From the human T2T-CHM13v2.0 reference genome, Homo sapiens: a stretch of DNA of 64,000 nt. The stretch is taken from NCBI RefSeq assembly GCF_009914755.1, contig NC_060927.1; one strand, 5' to 3'. Below, piece by piece: positions 16,990 through 32,370 of the stretch (position 1 is its first letter; each line of letters starts with the position of its first letter). The notes under the pieces were generated by a model, which was given only the letters and a program-made list of their open reading frames with translations, ran no database searches and was not told the DNA's origin. The position numbers and the translations under genes were made by a program.

Positions 16990-19900
16990 GTAAGTACCAA
17001 CAGCCTATGAACTTTTCACTTTTCACAATCAGAAACTTAAGCAGTGTTGATTACAAAGTCTGTGTGTTTCTGTGTATGCACACACGCATCCCTGCATGCA
17101 TGTTCAGGTGCCCTGGCCCTGTTTTTAAGGTGTTTTCTGCGAGCGAGAAAAGAGGTGGAGATTGTTGATTCAGAGGAAGCATGTTTTCTCAGTTGTTTAC
17201 AAAGACTCAGGCAACACAGAATCACAAATTTGGGGGACCCGTGGAGGGTATGGAAAGCTTTATCCTTAATCCCCAGTATAATGTTGGAGAAATGGTATAA
17301 CCAACTTCCAGTGCATTTTCATGTTGGACCTTTTCCAACATTAACAGAACCTTGATTTTTGTCTCTACCTGTGGAGTGTTTATTGGTAATTAAGTTTTGC
17401 CATCTCTGGAGTTTACCAGCTCAGTTTCCCTGTAATTAATATAACCACTTTTTAAAAGGTAGAAAACAGGGGAACATGGGCGAGCCTATCAGTTAGGAGG
17501 CTGTGATTTATTTCACAGGTGTTGCTTAATCAGATACCTTTGTCCTTTGAAAGGACTGGCTTTGTTGACATTGGCTTGACTAGGCATCTCTGGTTAGAGG
17601 CTTGTTCACCGAAACAAATTTAAGGTCGCCCACATTTCACATTTTTGGGTAACAAAAGTTATTTCTTAAAGAAGAAAAAGAAAGTAGATATTGGGCCTAA
17701 TCAATATTTGTTATAGACTTCTAGAATACCATGAGATCACATAGATCTGCATGATCCTAAAAATATATCACCTATTTTATAGTTAAATTATATTTTTCTT
17801 TCATTTCTTTAATCTTTTCTCTACATAGCCTGCTTAAGAATCCCCGTATCTTTTTTTATCTCTGTATATTTCCTAAAAATCTTTCTTGAAATACTGTGTA
17901 AAATGCTACTATAAAGCATTTTTAATTTAAAAGATTAATTTCAAAAGTCATGTAATAAATTCTATTGAAGAAAAACAGTAAGGTAAAAGGCTCATTTAGC
18001 ATAATGAGAATCATTTATTTCTATGTGTCTTATGGACAAATGGTATTATGTACAAGATTATAACATATTCCTTATTTGTCTCTAATATTTTTCATTGGAA
18101 AGTATATGGGAAGCCTCTAGTTTGTTCCAATTGTGCATATGATAATGATTTTACATTAAATGTTTATTACTGTTTGGCAACCACCTAAATAGCCTATTCT
18201 AGGCTGTGTGGGTGCATCACCTGTCTGTATTCAGCGATCAAAATAAACTAAGGAGTAACCAGGCCTCTTTCCATTTCACTCATTATCCCTCTTTGTGTTA
18301 GGATCATGGGTAATATTTTTTTAATTGAATCCCAGATTGTGTATACATTTTGTTGTTGTTTCTTTCTTTTTCTCTGGTGCTTTTTATGTATATTATGTTT
18401 CTGGTAATACATATGTTTCACTGTGTAAGGATAGTCTTCCCTTTCCCCTATCCATATATATGTATAAAACTACAATTATTTTCAGAATTATTAATCAGAA
18501 AACCATGCACAAAATTCAACACAAGTGATATAGTAAATAATTTGAATGGTGTGCTTTAAGTTCAAGAACAGTGTGCCTAATCTTTAAGCCTTTTGTAGTT
18601 GGGTAAAACTTGTGAAATCAGTTATATGCTAGGGAGTTTTTGTTTGTATACTCTGAAAACTTTTCAATAAAATATTTATTCTCTTCTGATCTTATTCATG
18701 TTTAAATGTATCCTTGGTAGGTCTGTAAATATTTCAGATCTATCTTCTTGGAGTATTGAAGTGCTTCCCTACCAGTTATATTTGCATCAAGATTCTTAAG
18801 AGCACCTATTAATCAAGTGAGGGTTAAAAAGAACCGATGGTAGTTCAGTTGTTGGTTTCATTTCTGGATTTCTTTACATTATAAAGGCAATGGAATGCCT
18901 TAACATTTTTCTGTTGTCTGTGATACCCTGTCCAAAATCTGAAATTGAGTTTCAAAATGACCAAAGTGAATGAAAAGTTATTTTCTAGTGTTCAATTTCA
19001 CCTTTGACTTAATGACATTTATAAAAAATTCTGAGGTTCTTTCAAATAATACTCATTGTCAGCTCCACTTACAAACGGATGTTCTTTAGTGGAAATAACT
19101 ATGTTAAAATAATATGTTTTGTATATTAAACATGTGGATGACTTACGTGTTTTGACTATGAGGATAATATATTATGTAGATTATCATTGGAACTCCATCA
19201 AGTGCTTTGAATAATGATTTTCTAAGGCCATGTATCTAGATTTTCTAGATTCACTGAATGATCTCTAGTTACAATTTGAAAGGCTAGCCATAGATATTAT
19301 CAATGATTATTCATCACAGTGCTTTTTCTGTACATCTCTGACCCAATTATACTCTCAGGGGGTTAGTTGCATGTGCCCTGGTTAGTGGAGCCCATATGCC
19401 ATTAACATTTAGTGTTTCTGGTAGTATTGAGAACCCATTTTTTTTTTTTCCTGAATAAAAGTGAAGTTATTCCAAGGTTATCTTGAGCTGTGTGAACAGA
19501 TTTTAATTAGCTTTTCAAACATAAAAAGGAATCTCCTCTTTTAGTCCCAATGACAAGGTAACCCCAGCGGAGAATTGTGTAAAGCTATCATACATGAAGG
19601 TTCATAATGTCCTCAGGATTCATAAAATAAATTATCTAGGTAAGGAGAGAATGCTAGAATTTTTTTCTAAACGTTGCAAATATGAATAAAATTGTACAAA
19701 TAATATGGCATAAGGAATAGGGGTAAGTGCTTTCTAAGCATTGTTATTTGTGAAGGGAAGGATCATTTTTCTTGCATAATGCCTGCAAACTCACCTGCAC
19801 CACTGAGTGGCACTCTATCACTCCATCAGTCTGTAACAGGAGTAGAGGGAGGGACATGGCTGGGAGATGGGAGGGTGACAGCTCCCTTCCTGGAAGGGAA

Positions 19901-21351
19901 CTACCTGGAATATGCCTTAGGCTAAAGTTTCTTCAGAGGCCATCCTTGAACGTATAAGGGCTTCTTACCTCTTCTCTGCCTCGAAGGATGTCCATTTCCT
20001 ACTTCTCCCAGGATTCTTATTAACAGAGTAGGTCCTAGTCAGAATTGGAAAATGGGGAAAGAATCTATCAGCATCCAGCTATGTGCTTCACCTGCTGAGC
20101 TCCTCCTACCTCAGGAATCCAGTTTCCATGAGCTTTTAACATGTTCTTTCTCTCCTTTTCATCTTTAGTCGAAATATATTCAAGGGCACCTTCCTCTTTG
20201 TAAATAATATGATATACTAATTGGCCCTTGAGATAATTGAATAAAAAGTATTTCTGAGTTTAATGCTGGGACAATCTTGTGAGAGGAGGAATCTTTAAGT
20301 TACGCCTCCCTGGGCTGTTCAATACACTTGGCACTCGTGCTGTCTACCAGCTGCCTGGATGTTTTGAGCGTTTCTAATAATAGCTCTCCTTCTACTTCAG
20401 TTCTTCTTAGTTCTCTAGCTCTAGGAAATCCCTACTCTGAAGGCTACAAAACAGTAGAACTCTGGGGGAAGATGTTCCAAGTACAGAGGAGTTGGCTGGA
20501 CCCTGAGGAATGCAGAGCTAGCTCTAGATAGCAATCAGCAGGAGATAACTCTTCAACCCACTGAAGGAGAATTTGGCCATCACAGTTAGGAAAAAATAAT
20601 CTTCAGAAAATTAACATTTTCAAGCTAGAAGATAGTCTCAAGTCCAATGTTTTTACTTTGTAGAGTAACAGAGATCCTATGAAGCTAGGAAAATTGTTTT
20701 TGGTTTCACAGAAGCCATTGCCAGAGGCCACGTCTCTAACCTGCTGCTCAAAACTGCGTTTGCTGCAGTTTTACGGAAGAATTTGGTGCATTATTTTCTA
20801 GAGTAATTTACTTTCCTATTTCTAATGGAGAAAGCAGTCTTAGTAATGTTTTCCATATTGACGTCTTTTAGTTTCTATATTTATGGTCTTGAAAGCATTG
20901 TCGAGTATTCAGTGAGCTTATTATGGAACCTGTCCATCCAGGCTTGGGTTTTCTCTTTACTAAACAAAAGTTACATTAGCTTGTAAGACATTTAGTTAAT
21001 TTTCATTACAGCTAGGAGAAGTTGGCTTGTAAGTTCATAGGCACATGTATGGAATGTTTCTTCATAATAGAGTCATTGTTTAGAAATGGCACTAATTCTA
21101 TTTAAAATAAGTAAAAGAAAAAAAAAACAACTCTAGGCAGGAGGAGCCTTAGTGTCTATGCTTCCAAGTTGCAGCCTGAGGGTAGTAGTACTTTGTACTC
21201 CAACCTGTTATACTGGTTTGGTGTGCATGCTTACTTTCTGTGGTGGGAAAAATATCTCTGTATTCATCATCAGAAACCATGACTGTGAGTGCCTTGAAAT
21301 CTTTGTGATGCCACAAAGAGGACTAACCAGTATGTGACTCTTCCTTCCCAG

Positions 21352-21629
21352 CCTACAGAACTTTAATAGCATTTTCAATTAACAGAAGTGCAAGGAGCTC
21401 CTGTTGGACCTGTGTTCCATGAGGAAGGCTTTCACTAGCCCTTCATGATAGGTTCAAACACTTGAAGACCTGAGGAATTTCAGAGTTGACATTTAGATAT
21501 TGAGGTAACAGGACATCTTGGAGTTGAAATTTCCAGAATCTTTGCTGGAAAGTCTCATAATCTCAAAACAAAATCAAGCAAATTTGGAGCAAAGAAAGTT
21601 GCTGAAAATGTCAAGGCATGAAATCCAAG
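21352..21629 (+). other. Candidate alternative (cassette or first) exon in NAALADL2 intron 1
   Basis: Branch point GACTAAC at 21321-21327, pyrimidine tract and CCCAG| acceptor at 21351, donor AAG|GTGAGT at 21629/21630, and ATG 21608 giving MSRHEIQ+G in phase 1. Confidence 0.55.
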
Positions 21630-24600
21630 GTGAGTCCGACCTAAATGAGTGAGTTAGGCAAAGGTGCATGTGAAGATGGACTGGGTACATTTTCCAGGTA
21701 CAAGAGAGGGTCTTTGCAGCAGGCAAAAGAGATTAGGAAAACAAAATCTGAAGTAAAGCCTAAGAAATAGTTAATGAAATCAACTAACTGAGCTTATGAG
21801 CTAATTTTTTCTTTGTCTTTCTAAGTGGAAGTGGAATCTTTACCTTATTAGAAATAAGATGGCAAGCAGTGTACTTGAATAGAACGTGAGATAAAGGTGG
21901 TCAATGACATGGTACTTAGTTAAAACCTGCTGTTGGAGGAAAAGCCAATTCTCAAACACTTTGAAATATGGAGTTTGTTCCTGGAGTTTGTTTAATCCCC
22001 TTTGATTTAAATAATATTTTATGGTACTGAAATTGTTTCAAAGGGAAACATTTTACATTTCAATTAAAGTCACTGTAAAATCTTCTTGAAGAAAAGGTGA
22101 TACATAACTACAGGATGACTTGATTGTTTATACGTTATTATTAATCATGCAATAAAAACTTTTCCATCTATTTAAAAGTTTGAATCTGTTTTTGAATTTT
22201 TCTTTGAACAAAAGATGCAGTAATAATCTTAAGATTATAAGTATATAAATGTAATTATTACTTTGTATGCTATTCTCTGGATTTTGGAAGGAGTTTAAAC
22301 AAATTTAGCTAATTGAGTAGGACAGTAAGCCAAACTTCTTTGTATCACAGTTTTTTGGGGGAGGACTATTAACCAAACATGTATTTGATTTATTATTGGA
22401 AAGTATTAGACTTGATATATAAGTGAAGAAATAACAGGTGACTGCAAAGATTGCAAAGAAGATGTTATTAGGATGACAATACACAAAAGGGCATTGAGCT
22501 TCAGTTGATCCCTTGAGCTTCTAATTACTCTTCAGGAAAAGTATGTGTCAATAGTTTTATTTGACAATGCTATTTTGTTGCTCTGGTGACAGATATGTTT
22601 AACCATCTGCATAGTCGAACACTTCGGGAGGCTCTTTCATAAATGCTTTCTGTAATTTATATTGAAAAGTAATTTACCTGCCTCTTTAAACCCCTGATTA
22701 GTGTAATGCAGGTTGTATATTGTGTCCAAAAAAAAATAATAAAGTTATAAAATCCTACCAACTAAAAAAGTCGAAAGAGAAATACTTTGAAAAGTCAACT
22801 GCTAAATTTAATGCAGTTTATAATGAACATGCAAAAGGTGTGCACGTATGCTTGTTAAACCATACAATCAACTTTACCGTGTGACTTGAAACTTCAGTGA
22901 AAGATTCATTCTGAGATCTGATTAAACTGCTGAAATCCATTCAATCTCTTGATTCCTTTGTTCTCTCAAAAGTAAGCTCCTTTGAAAACAGGTCATGAGA
23001 AGAGAGGAATGAAGGATTATTGTACTTTATCTTCCTCTTTATTTATGACCTTTAATGCAATCGTAGACCAGCCTATCTTCCATTAAACTATTGATAAATC
23101 TTGAAAATTTCTCCATCACATCCACATTTCTTCGAGGGAGCTTTCAGAGATGGAGAAATACACTGCCTCAAAAGGTAGACATTGCTTCCATTCTTGCTGA
23201 TTCTTGGTATTGTTATAACACAGGGATGTAAATAAGAAATTATAGAGGAATCTAGGAATTTATAGAGGGTTTCATAGAAGAGAGATGATTTGAAATTTCC
23301 TTGGCAGTTTGATAAACTGGAATAAGTGACCAGAAGGAAAAAAGCCTTCACTGGTCAAAAGAACAGCTGAGAGAAAGCATGGAAATTGTTTCTATGTATT
23401 TACTTGCTTTATTTCCCCCCTCTTTGGAAACAGAGGATTTTTCAAAATTCTCTACTTTGCTATAGGCTATAAATAAATAAACATAATAGAAATAAGATTA
23501 AGACAATGTAACAGTTAAAATTTGTATACAAAATATATGCCAGAACATGCTGAAAAACTGTCAAGCAGGTGACAAATTTGCTTTCAAGCCTCCTAGCAGC
23601 CAAAAGAAAATAATAAATTGTTTTTCACATTTATGGTCTTCAAATTATATAGAAATGTACCAGTCATTCAACAGATGCATGGATTTCTTGATAGACATGA
23701 TGATAGAAATTGAAATCATTTCTATAGAGGATAAGAGACAGGCCTAACTAGAAGAGAGCATCTTTATTAGAAAACACTGAGCATTAAAATTAAAATTGTT
23801 ATAGAGAGAAGGAAAATACTATTATATAACTCATATAAGAATATTGACATAGATGATTTTCCTTTGAGCTCCTAAAGCTATTGCACTATGCAGCCATATA
23901 TTTGTCACAAAAACATTTCTGCAGAAAAAATTTCAAACCTATAGTAAATCTGAAAATAGAAAGGAAAATAATAGAAGAATAATTTAAAAATATAGATTGT
24001 ACAAGATCTATGTATTTACATGATTTACATATTTACACTGTTAAAACTTCAGAATAAAAATAGATTCTTTTAAAATTTAGGCTTCTATATATATATCTTA
24101 TAAGCTTACTCAATTGTCTGTCCCAGAGTTCCTAATGAATTTTATATAGGTGTTTTGCATTTATTTTGGTTAATGAAGGGTTCAGTGCAGTTACTATGGC
24201 AGATCTGGGGAAGAGGAGAATAGAGATAAGAATAAGGAAGAGCATATGGGCATTGATAATAACGACTTTATAACCTTCAGATGCAATGAAGTAATGATGT
24301 TGCCTAGAAGTTATTTTATATGTAGGTAAATAGGAATTTGGAGAAAAAGAAAAAAATTACTAAGAAAATATTAATGTGTTTATTCTTGACTCTGATTTCT
24401 GATCAGTTTTAGCATCATATTTTATATTTTTTCCAGTTTACAATTAGACCTATAAAAATTTCTTTGGGGCATCTTTTTTTCTTTTCTAGATTAGAAAACC
24501 CATAATATTGTCTATATTTCTATAAAATACTTACTAATTACTAAATCATATTTATCAAAATATCTTATGTTGTTTAGTAACATAATCTGCAATTAAGTTG

Positions 24601-25519
24601 GTATGTAGGTAATAGAATGTTCTGGAAAAGGAGTCTATGTAAAATATTTAACTAAATTGATTAGATAATAAATAGTTTATCTTCATAATCACAAAAATAA
24701 AAAAGGGGAAAGAACTAGTAAATTGGGTACTAATTTAAGGCAGAAACTTACTAAGCTTATTTGACTCTCACAGTGTTGGCCTTCTCCTTTCTTCCAACAA
24801 ACACACCAAGCTGATCCGCTATTAACACTTACATGTTTTGGTTGTTTCTGCTGAACTTCTTATATTATGTTCCTTCTTGTCAATCAGTTATCAGATTAAA
24901 TATCATCTCCAGCCTCACAAACTAAATTAGCCAGTCTGTCTTAATGTGTGATTTTTAATTCTTTTAATATGTCACCATAAGCCATTTTCCTTTTTTGGTA
25001 TATTTGTTTATTGTCTATTTCACTGCAATAAAATGTTCTCTTCCTGAGATGAAAGGCCATAGCTGACTTGTTTATTGCTTCATTTCTAGTGCGTAGATCC
25101 ATAGCTAACATATACTATGTTTTCTCAAGTTTAATGTGCTCAGAAAAAAAGCATAAAATGCACAGTTTTATTCCTATGTGTATATGCAATTTACATTTAT
25201 TCTAACATGAAAATTAGTTGAGCATAAAGTAGCAGCATTTAACATGATCAGTACAAAACAAAATAAAACAAGAAGCTTTAAATAAAAGAACCATTGGCAA
25301 ATAAAAATTGTCTCAAATTGAAACAGACCTTTTTTCAAAAATAATAATAGTTGGCATAGAGTCTCTTTATTCTGAGATTGGAAGTAGTGCACTGTTATTC
25401 AAAATTAGAGAATTTATTCCTCCTCATTTTCTCTAGTTCTGTGTTACAGTGACTCTCGTTGGATTACCTAGATGAGCTCTCAGAAAGTCTAAGAATGAAA
25501 AGGCAAATAACAAATGAAA

Positions 25520-25700
25520 CTTAGAGCAGCAGAATGTAAGGAGAGAAGCTCATGAAAGAGTCAAAGGGTTGGTTCTTATTGGTAACAGGAGGCTAATTTC
25601 AAAGGCTTCAGACATAATGCTAAGGTACTAGGTGTGACGGATGGCTGTGCATCTAATGTAACTGCATCTAGATACATTGTGAGGGGTAAATAGGTTATTT
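25520..25700 (+). mobile_element. MIR fragment
   Basis: Degenerate tRNA-like head and cattgtgaggggtaaata tail. Confidence 0.4.
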
Positions 25701-26119
25701 TGGAAGAAGGAGAAATGTAATGCTTTTACCTTTGGATAAATTGCATTTGTGATAACAGTGAGGTATCGAAATACTAATGTATTCATTTAATAGAATTTAT
25801 TTTACATGATTGTTTTAGATATGGAGGGTATGTCTGCTGCCTTTGATGAATTCTCAGTTCTTTGGGAAATTTAGTGATGTGCTTATTTATATTTGTATAT
25901 ATTAGGCATATGCCCCTTACTGGGTAATTGTGAAAATTAAAAACATAAATATGCCAAACACTTGGAGCAGTCCATGGCACATAGTTTACACTTGATAAAT
26001 GTTTTTTCTGTTCCCACAATCATCAACACCATCATTTTAATTTTAAACCTCATCCTTATTGTTATCCATCATCATAGTGATGATGCGCTGAATTCATGTG
26101 ATTATAGTGGGATTCGAAA

Positions 26120-26800
26120 AAAGAATTTGGGAGACACTTGAGGTTAAATTGGTGTTTGCTTGTACTGAAGGAGGAAAAATGAAGGACCGTGAAAACTTGA
26201 TTTCTTGCCTGGATGACAGCAGGAATAGTATCCTTAACTGATTTAGAGAATGTAGGATGGGGACCGTTTAGGCAATAGAAATATAATGAGACTGCTTTAA
26301 AACAGTTATTCTAAACTGTAATTGTATATTTTGATGAAAATGTCTAGGACTTAAATTGAAAAATTGAGACTAGACCTTGGGAGAGAGAGAAATAGGATGG
26401 AAATAAAGCTTTAGGAGTTATTAAGGCATAAATGGTGTATGACATTGTGAATAGGTGAGATTATACAAAGATGGATGGTAGAGGAAGAAGACATGAATAA
26501 TGATGATGGAGTATAAAGTCTGAGCAGAAATAAAAGAAACTGAGATGAGTCCATGGGAGAGAGAGAAGATAAAGATGACGGAGTTTTCAGAGGAATTCAT
26601 GCTGGGAATTTCTATTTAAAATGAGTGAGAAATATTAAAGGACAAAATAGTCAAACAGCAAGGATTTGGTGACTCAAGCCTGGAACTAAGGTGAGGCATG
26701 AGAAAGAATACAACTGGAGAATCACTGGGAATGAGGTGAAAAAAGATGAAATTATAGAGTATAACTTTAAGAAGCTTAAAACAGTAGAAATTCTGTCATA
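26120..26800 (-). mobile_element. L2 fragment
   Basis: Purine-rich antisense L2-like sequence. Confidence 0.55.
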
Positions 26801-27284
26801 AAGCCCTGGGAAATGACCATACTTTGGAAATGGGAGAAAGAAGAGTGGAAAAAAGAGGTAGTTACACCAAAACAGTTCTAGGAGATAAATATAATTTTTC
26901 CCTTTTCACAAATGGAAGCTGAAGTTCAGTGAAGGAAAGAATGAAAGTGCTCAAATAGAAGGGGTGTGTCTGAAGAAGATGAGGACTTGGATTCCTAGAG
27001 TAACTTTAAAGAGCAGAAATGCAGATTTATCTTTCTGGAAGGAAAAATATGAGTGAGTGTAATGACAAATTCGCTGGATTACAGAGAGTCGGTAATGGAG
27101 CTCTTCCCAGCTGGATCTTCGAAGCAAAGGGTGAGTTTATTTGGCTAAGAGTCAAGATGGAGCTGTGTGTGGAGTGTTGAATCCATGAAACATAAATAAA
27201 AAGATCGGCTAGCCGCAGCTGCAGTGAAGTTAGGCAAGAGATAGTGTCAGTGAATGTGGGAAAGCACTAGGAAAAAAATAAAAC

Positions 27285-27571
<287 letters not shown>

Positions 27572-27602
27572 TTATGAAGTCAGTTTCACAGAGATGTGAG
27601 TT

Positions 27603-27656
27603 TGTGGGTGTGTGTGTGTATGAGTGTGTGTGTAAGCGTGTGTGCGTGTGTACGTG
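27603..27656. repeat. Imperfect (TG)n
   Basis: Seen directly. Confidence 0.8.
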
Positions 27657-29143
27657 TTATCAGCATGTTTGCATTTTAGGTAGAGATTGTTATTCTGGAA
27701 TATTTATTCTCCATTGTGTGATATCGCCCCCAAAATCCTACTTCATCCAGTTATCTTCAGATTGTATGCCACTGGACTATAGCAGAACTAGAAGAGAAAG
27801 TACATTTCATTACCAACCCATCCACCCTTTGAAAAGCAATGGAACACCCATGCTCCACTGCCCATAAATTTTGATAATGGTATATTCTGTGTAACATTAG
27901 GAAAGCATCCATATATACCACTGACCATATAGTATGAATGTGGTATACCTATGAGACTGAAATGATGAGGACCTACTTTCATTTGACTCTATTTGAAGAA
28001 GGCAAAATACGGTTGGTATCAATGTTTACCCACGGAAATATTTGAAGACATTTGGATAATCCGTGATTGACATTAGGGTTTGTGTCATTATCTTGTTATT
28101 ATTATCAATAATAACAAAAAAATAAAAAAAAAACACAATTAGCCATTTAGTAAATGCCACTAAGGGACAGAGCTAGGATTTAAATCAAGGAAAATCTGAA
28201 TCAATTGTTTCTTGACCACTATATTTTGCAGGTGTCCACTTTAAAAGAGCTACTTTAAAAAAATAGAATTTTCCAGGAGAGTACTTTAAATATTTACCAT
28301 TTATGTCCATATGCAAAAATTACTGACTTAAATTTTATTACTTAAAAAAATAATATTTTATTCACAGTCCCTTTTATAGCTGATGTATCTGCTTTTCTAT
28401 AGACACTGTATTTTACAAAAATTCATATAACTTCATGTACAACATAGTGCTTTCTGTTTTGGTGCATCTTGATTCCTCTTATCCTACCTACCCTCACACT
28501 CTTATGATATTTCCATCATACCTACATTCCTGACACTTTTATTGAAGGTGATAAAGCTCTGAACAAGTAGTTGAAAGTAAATGGGTTCTACTAAATTCAA
28601 GAATGTTTTGACCATTAACCTTCAGTTTGAAGTTTTAGGTGACCAAAAACTAGTATAAAGAAATATAGATTTACCTTTACAAAATACATGTTAAAGAGGT
28701 TTTTAAACAATTGATACTTTGCTGATGCAAATGATATTTCCTCTTCAGTGTTTCTAACTTAACAAATTACATGTAAAAGCCATAAACTCCTTTATATTAT
28801 CCATAAACATAATAAAAAATGATACACCACATAACTTTGACTTAGTCAATAATTCTAGGCTTAGCCTTAGGGTATGAAGAGAAAATTATTCTTGTTACAC
28901 ATTTTAATTATGCTATAAACTTCGGGAAATAGCTATTGATCTTCAGCATCTGGCGTCAGAAAAGTTGTTTCTTTCTTGTTCCGTAGCCAGTGAAAGTTTG
29001 CCACATAGGCTAAAAATGAAGGATGAAGGATTATTATTTTTTTAAATTTGTGTAACTTAAATGTTAGGAGACAAAAGATTATCTTCTCTATACATCTTTC
29101 TGCTGAACACTAGAAACATACATCTGAGCTAAGAAATATACTA

Positions 29144-29506
<363 letters not shown>

Positions 29507-29739
29507 TTAATATTTTAATATAGAAATATGGGAGCCGAAGCAGGAAATCTTTTTTGAAATTACAGGCTTTAAGGTTCTTCAAAGCTTATATGAAACGGTG
29601 AACATTGTGATTATCATTTTGGAAGCCATTATTTCACAAATTTTCATACTTGAAGTAGTAATATGGGTGAAAACCTCGTGCTGTTAAGATTAAGCGCATA
29701 TTCTAACATCTATGATGCTGATTATGATGATAAGAGTAG

Positions 29740-29950
29740 CTACTAACTGGTAAACTATTTTTAGGGGATGGACATTACTTACAAACACTTTACAGATATG
29801 GCCATATTTAAGAGTCACGTCCACCACATGAAAATGGCCCTTCATTTCTCCATTTTACAGAAGGCTCCTTGAGGTTAAGTAACTTACTCAGGATTATGCA
29901 GAAACTAGGTGGCAGAGCCGGGATTCGGGATTCAAACTGTCTGACTCATA
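29740..29950 (-). mobile_element. MIR
   Basis: ccattttacagaagg...gaggttaagtaacttactcagg...ggcagagccgggattc. Confidence 0.8.
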
Positions 29951-30086
29951 TAATGATGGTTTACTTGAATAGAGATAGGCTCCTTCAGTTGCCATTTTTG
30001 GCAAGTTGAGAACTCAAATTTAAAGCATTTCACTGAAGTAGATTCATATTTAAATTTAAACATGCTAAATTTTGTATTATGCCTTT

Positions 30087-30200
30087 GTTCATCCAACAAA
30101 TATTTATTGAAATATGATTATGTAGCAGGTATAGTGTTAGTAACTGCTGAAGCTAAGCTAAATTCAAGGAGACAGGGATCATAGCCGCTCATAGCTTACT
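30087..30200 (-). mobile_element. L2 3' end
   Basis: ttcatccaacaaatatttattga signature. Confidence 0.65.
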
Positions 30201-30253
30201 AAGGGAAATATTACACTGTAATGTGAAAAAGGAAAAACCAATGTATTCATCTA

Positions 30254-30287
30254 CACACACACATACACACACACACACACACACACA
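30254..30287. repeat. (CA)n microsatellite
   Basis: Seen directly. Confidence 0.9.
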
Positions 30288-30701
30288 TTTCATGTAGCTT
30301 CAGGTTTCTCTGATAAACATTCTGAAATTGCTCCTTGAATTTTCAGTACCTAATTAAAGGTATGGTAGTTTCTCTTTAATACTGTGATGCCTTGTTTGTG
30401 AGTTTGGATAACTCAGTGGCCTTTATAACTCCAGTCATTCATTAAAGATGCTATTTTGAAAGCATTGTCTGGGAGTTTATATTGACTTTTCTTGCAAATG
30501 GACATCCCCAACCTCCTCACAGTGAGAACTAATGAATATAATTTTCACCCATTTCTTCTCCACCCGTTTCTTCTTAACCTACAATGCAGTTAAATCCAGT
30601 GGTTAAAGAATCTGTTGAGCATTTCGTGTATGTAATTCCCTAATAGTGGCTCTAGATGTAATGGTTTGCATTAATCTATTTAACTTAGTTTTATGTAATG
30701 A

Positions 30702-31075
<374 letters not shown>

Positions 31076-32370
31076 GTTTCTTTTTATAAAAAATACAAGC
31101 ATATATATTTAGGGTTATGTGGAATAATATGCCTTTGCCAGTTTAGTGCTTTTGAACATACATCAGTCATGGCATTTAGGCATGATTTGAATTTTACATT
31201 TTGAGTCAAATGAAATCTGGGAAGCCTATTATATGCCAGGTACTTATCCTGGGAATTATATTTAAGTCACCCCACTTCATTCTCACAACAACATCTAAAG
31301 AAACTAATAGCTTTTCATTATAATATTCGTGCATGCCATTCTGCTTGGAAGGAAACATATTGAAAGAGGGAAATTTAAGCAGAGTAGGTGATACCTGCTT
31401 CCTCCTCAAGGAATAAAGAATTCTGCCATCAAATAAATGAAAAGGGTATTTCAAGAATAAGAAACCAGTTGTACAAAGGCATACTGGCATGACTAGTGTG
31501 TTTGGAGAATTTTAAGCATTAGTTAATGATATTTGCCCAACAAACATTAAGTTACTGGAGTGCTGTTTTTCCTGGGCTGGCATAATACAAGCCTCCAGCC
31601 CACTGATTACAGTGGGGTTATAAGGCTATCAAAATTTTAAACAGAGTGGATGGTAGTATGCTGTTTTTACTTCATCTTGGTACATGAGTACGATATAGTT
31701 AAGGCTTTGTGCCTGTTCACCAGATGGCACGTGAGTACATGTGCACATGTTATAGAAGTTATCTACATTTTCAGTGAACTGCTTTTGTGGAAAGCTCCAA
31801 ATTCTCATCATGAATTTACTCCTATATGAGAACAGAATATCAATGCTTCTTGACTACAGTCTCCCCTACTGATACTTAATGTGCCAAGTTAAAATACTTG
31901 CATAGTGGACAATAAGGCAGCATGGGGATTTCCTATTCCTGTTTCCTGCCAAATTGACAGGTTGCATTGTAGCAGGTGCACCTCAAAGTGATTAAGAATG
32001 TAAGGGCTGACAAAACATGTGTGATGTGACTGCAGGCATTTTATGTGAGTGACATGTCATGGCAAGTATTGGCCTCAAGAGATTATACTTGGGGCTCTAG
32101 GGTGTGAGGGCAATCTATACGTGTGTAAAAGCATCATTGAGAAGGTGAGTACTCAAGAAAAAATAACCTTGACTGGGAGTCTTTACATAAATGAAGTACA
32201 TTGCAATTCAAGGTATATTTTTTTTGCTACTTAAATATTTTACAAATGTCCTATTTTTATGAGTAGATGAAATACACATGTGTCTTGAACAGTGTGATTA
32301 TTTGACTGCTGAACAACTCATTAAGCTGCCAGGACAGTGAGAGTCTGCTTTGTTAAAATTCATGATAGAT

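Noticed and set aside
16899-17168. 89-aa ORF spanning exon 1
   Set aside because: Only 16947-16989 is coding; the rest is UTR (GTG start) and read-through past a consensus donor.
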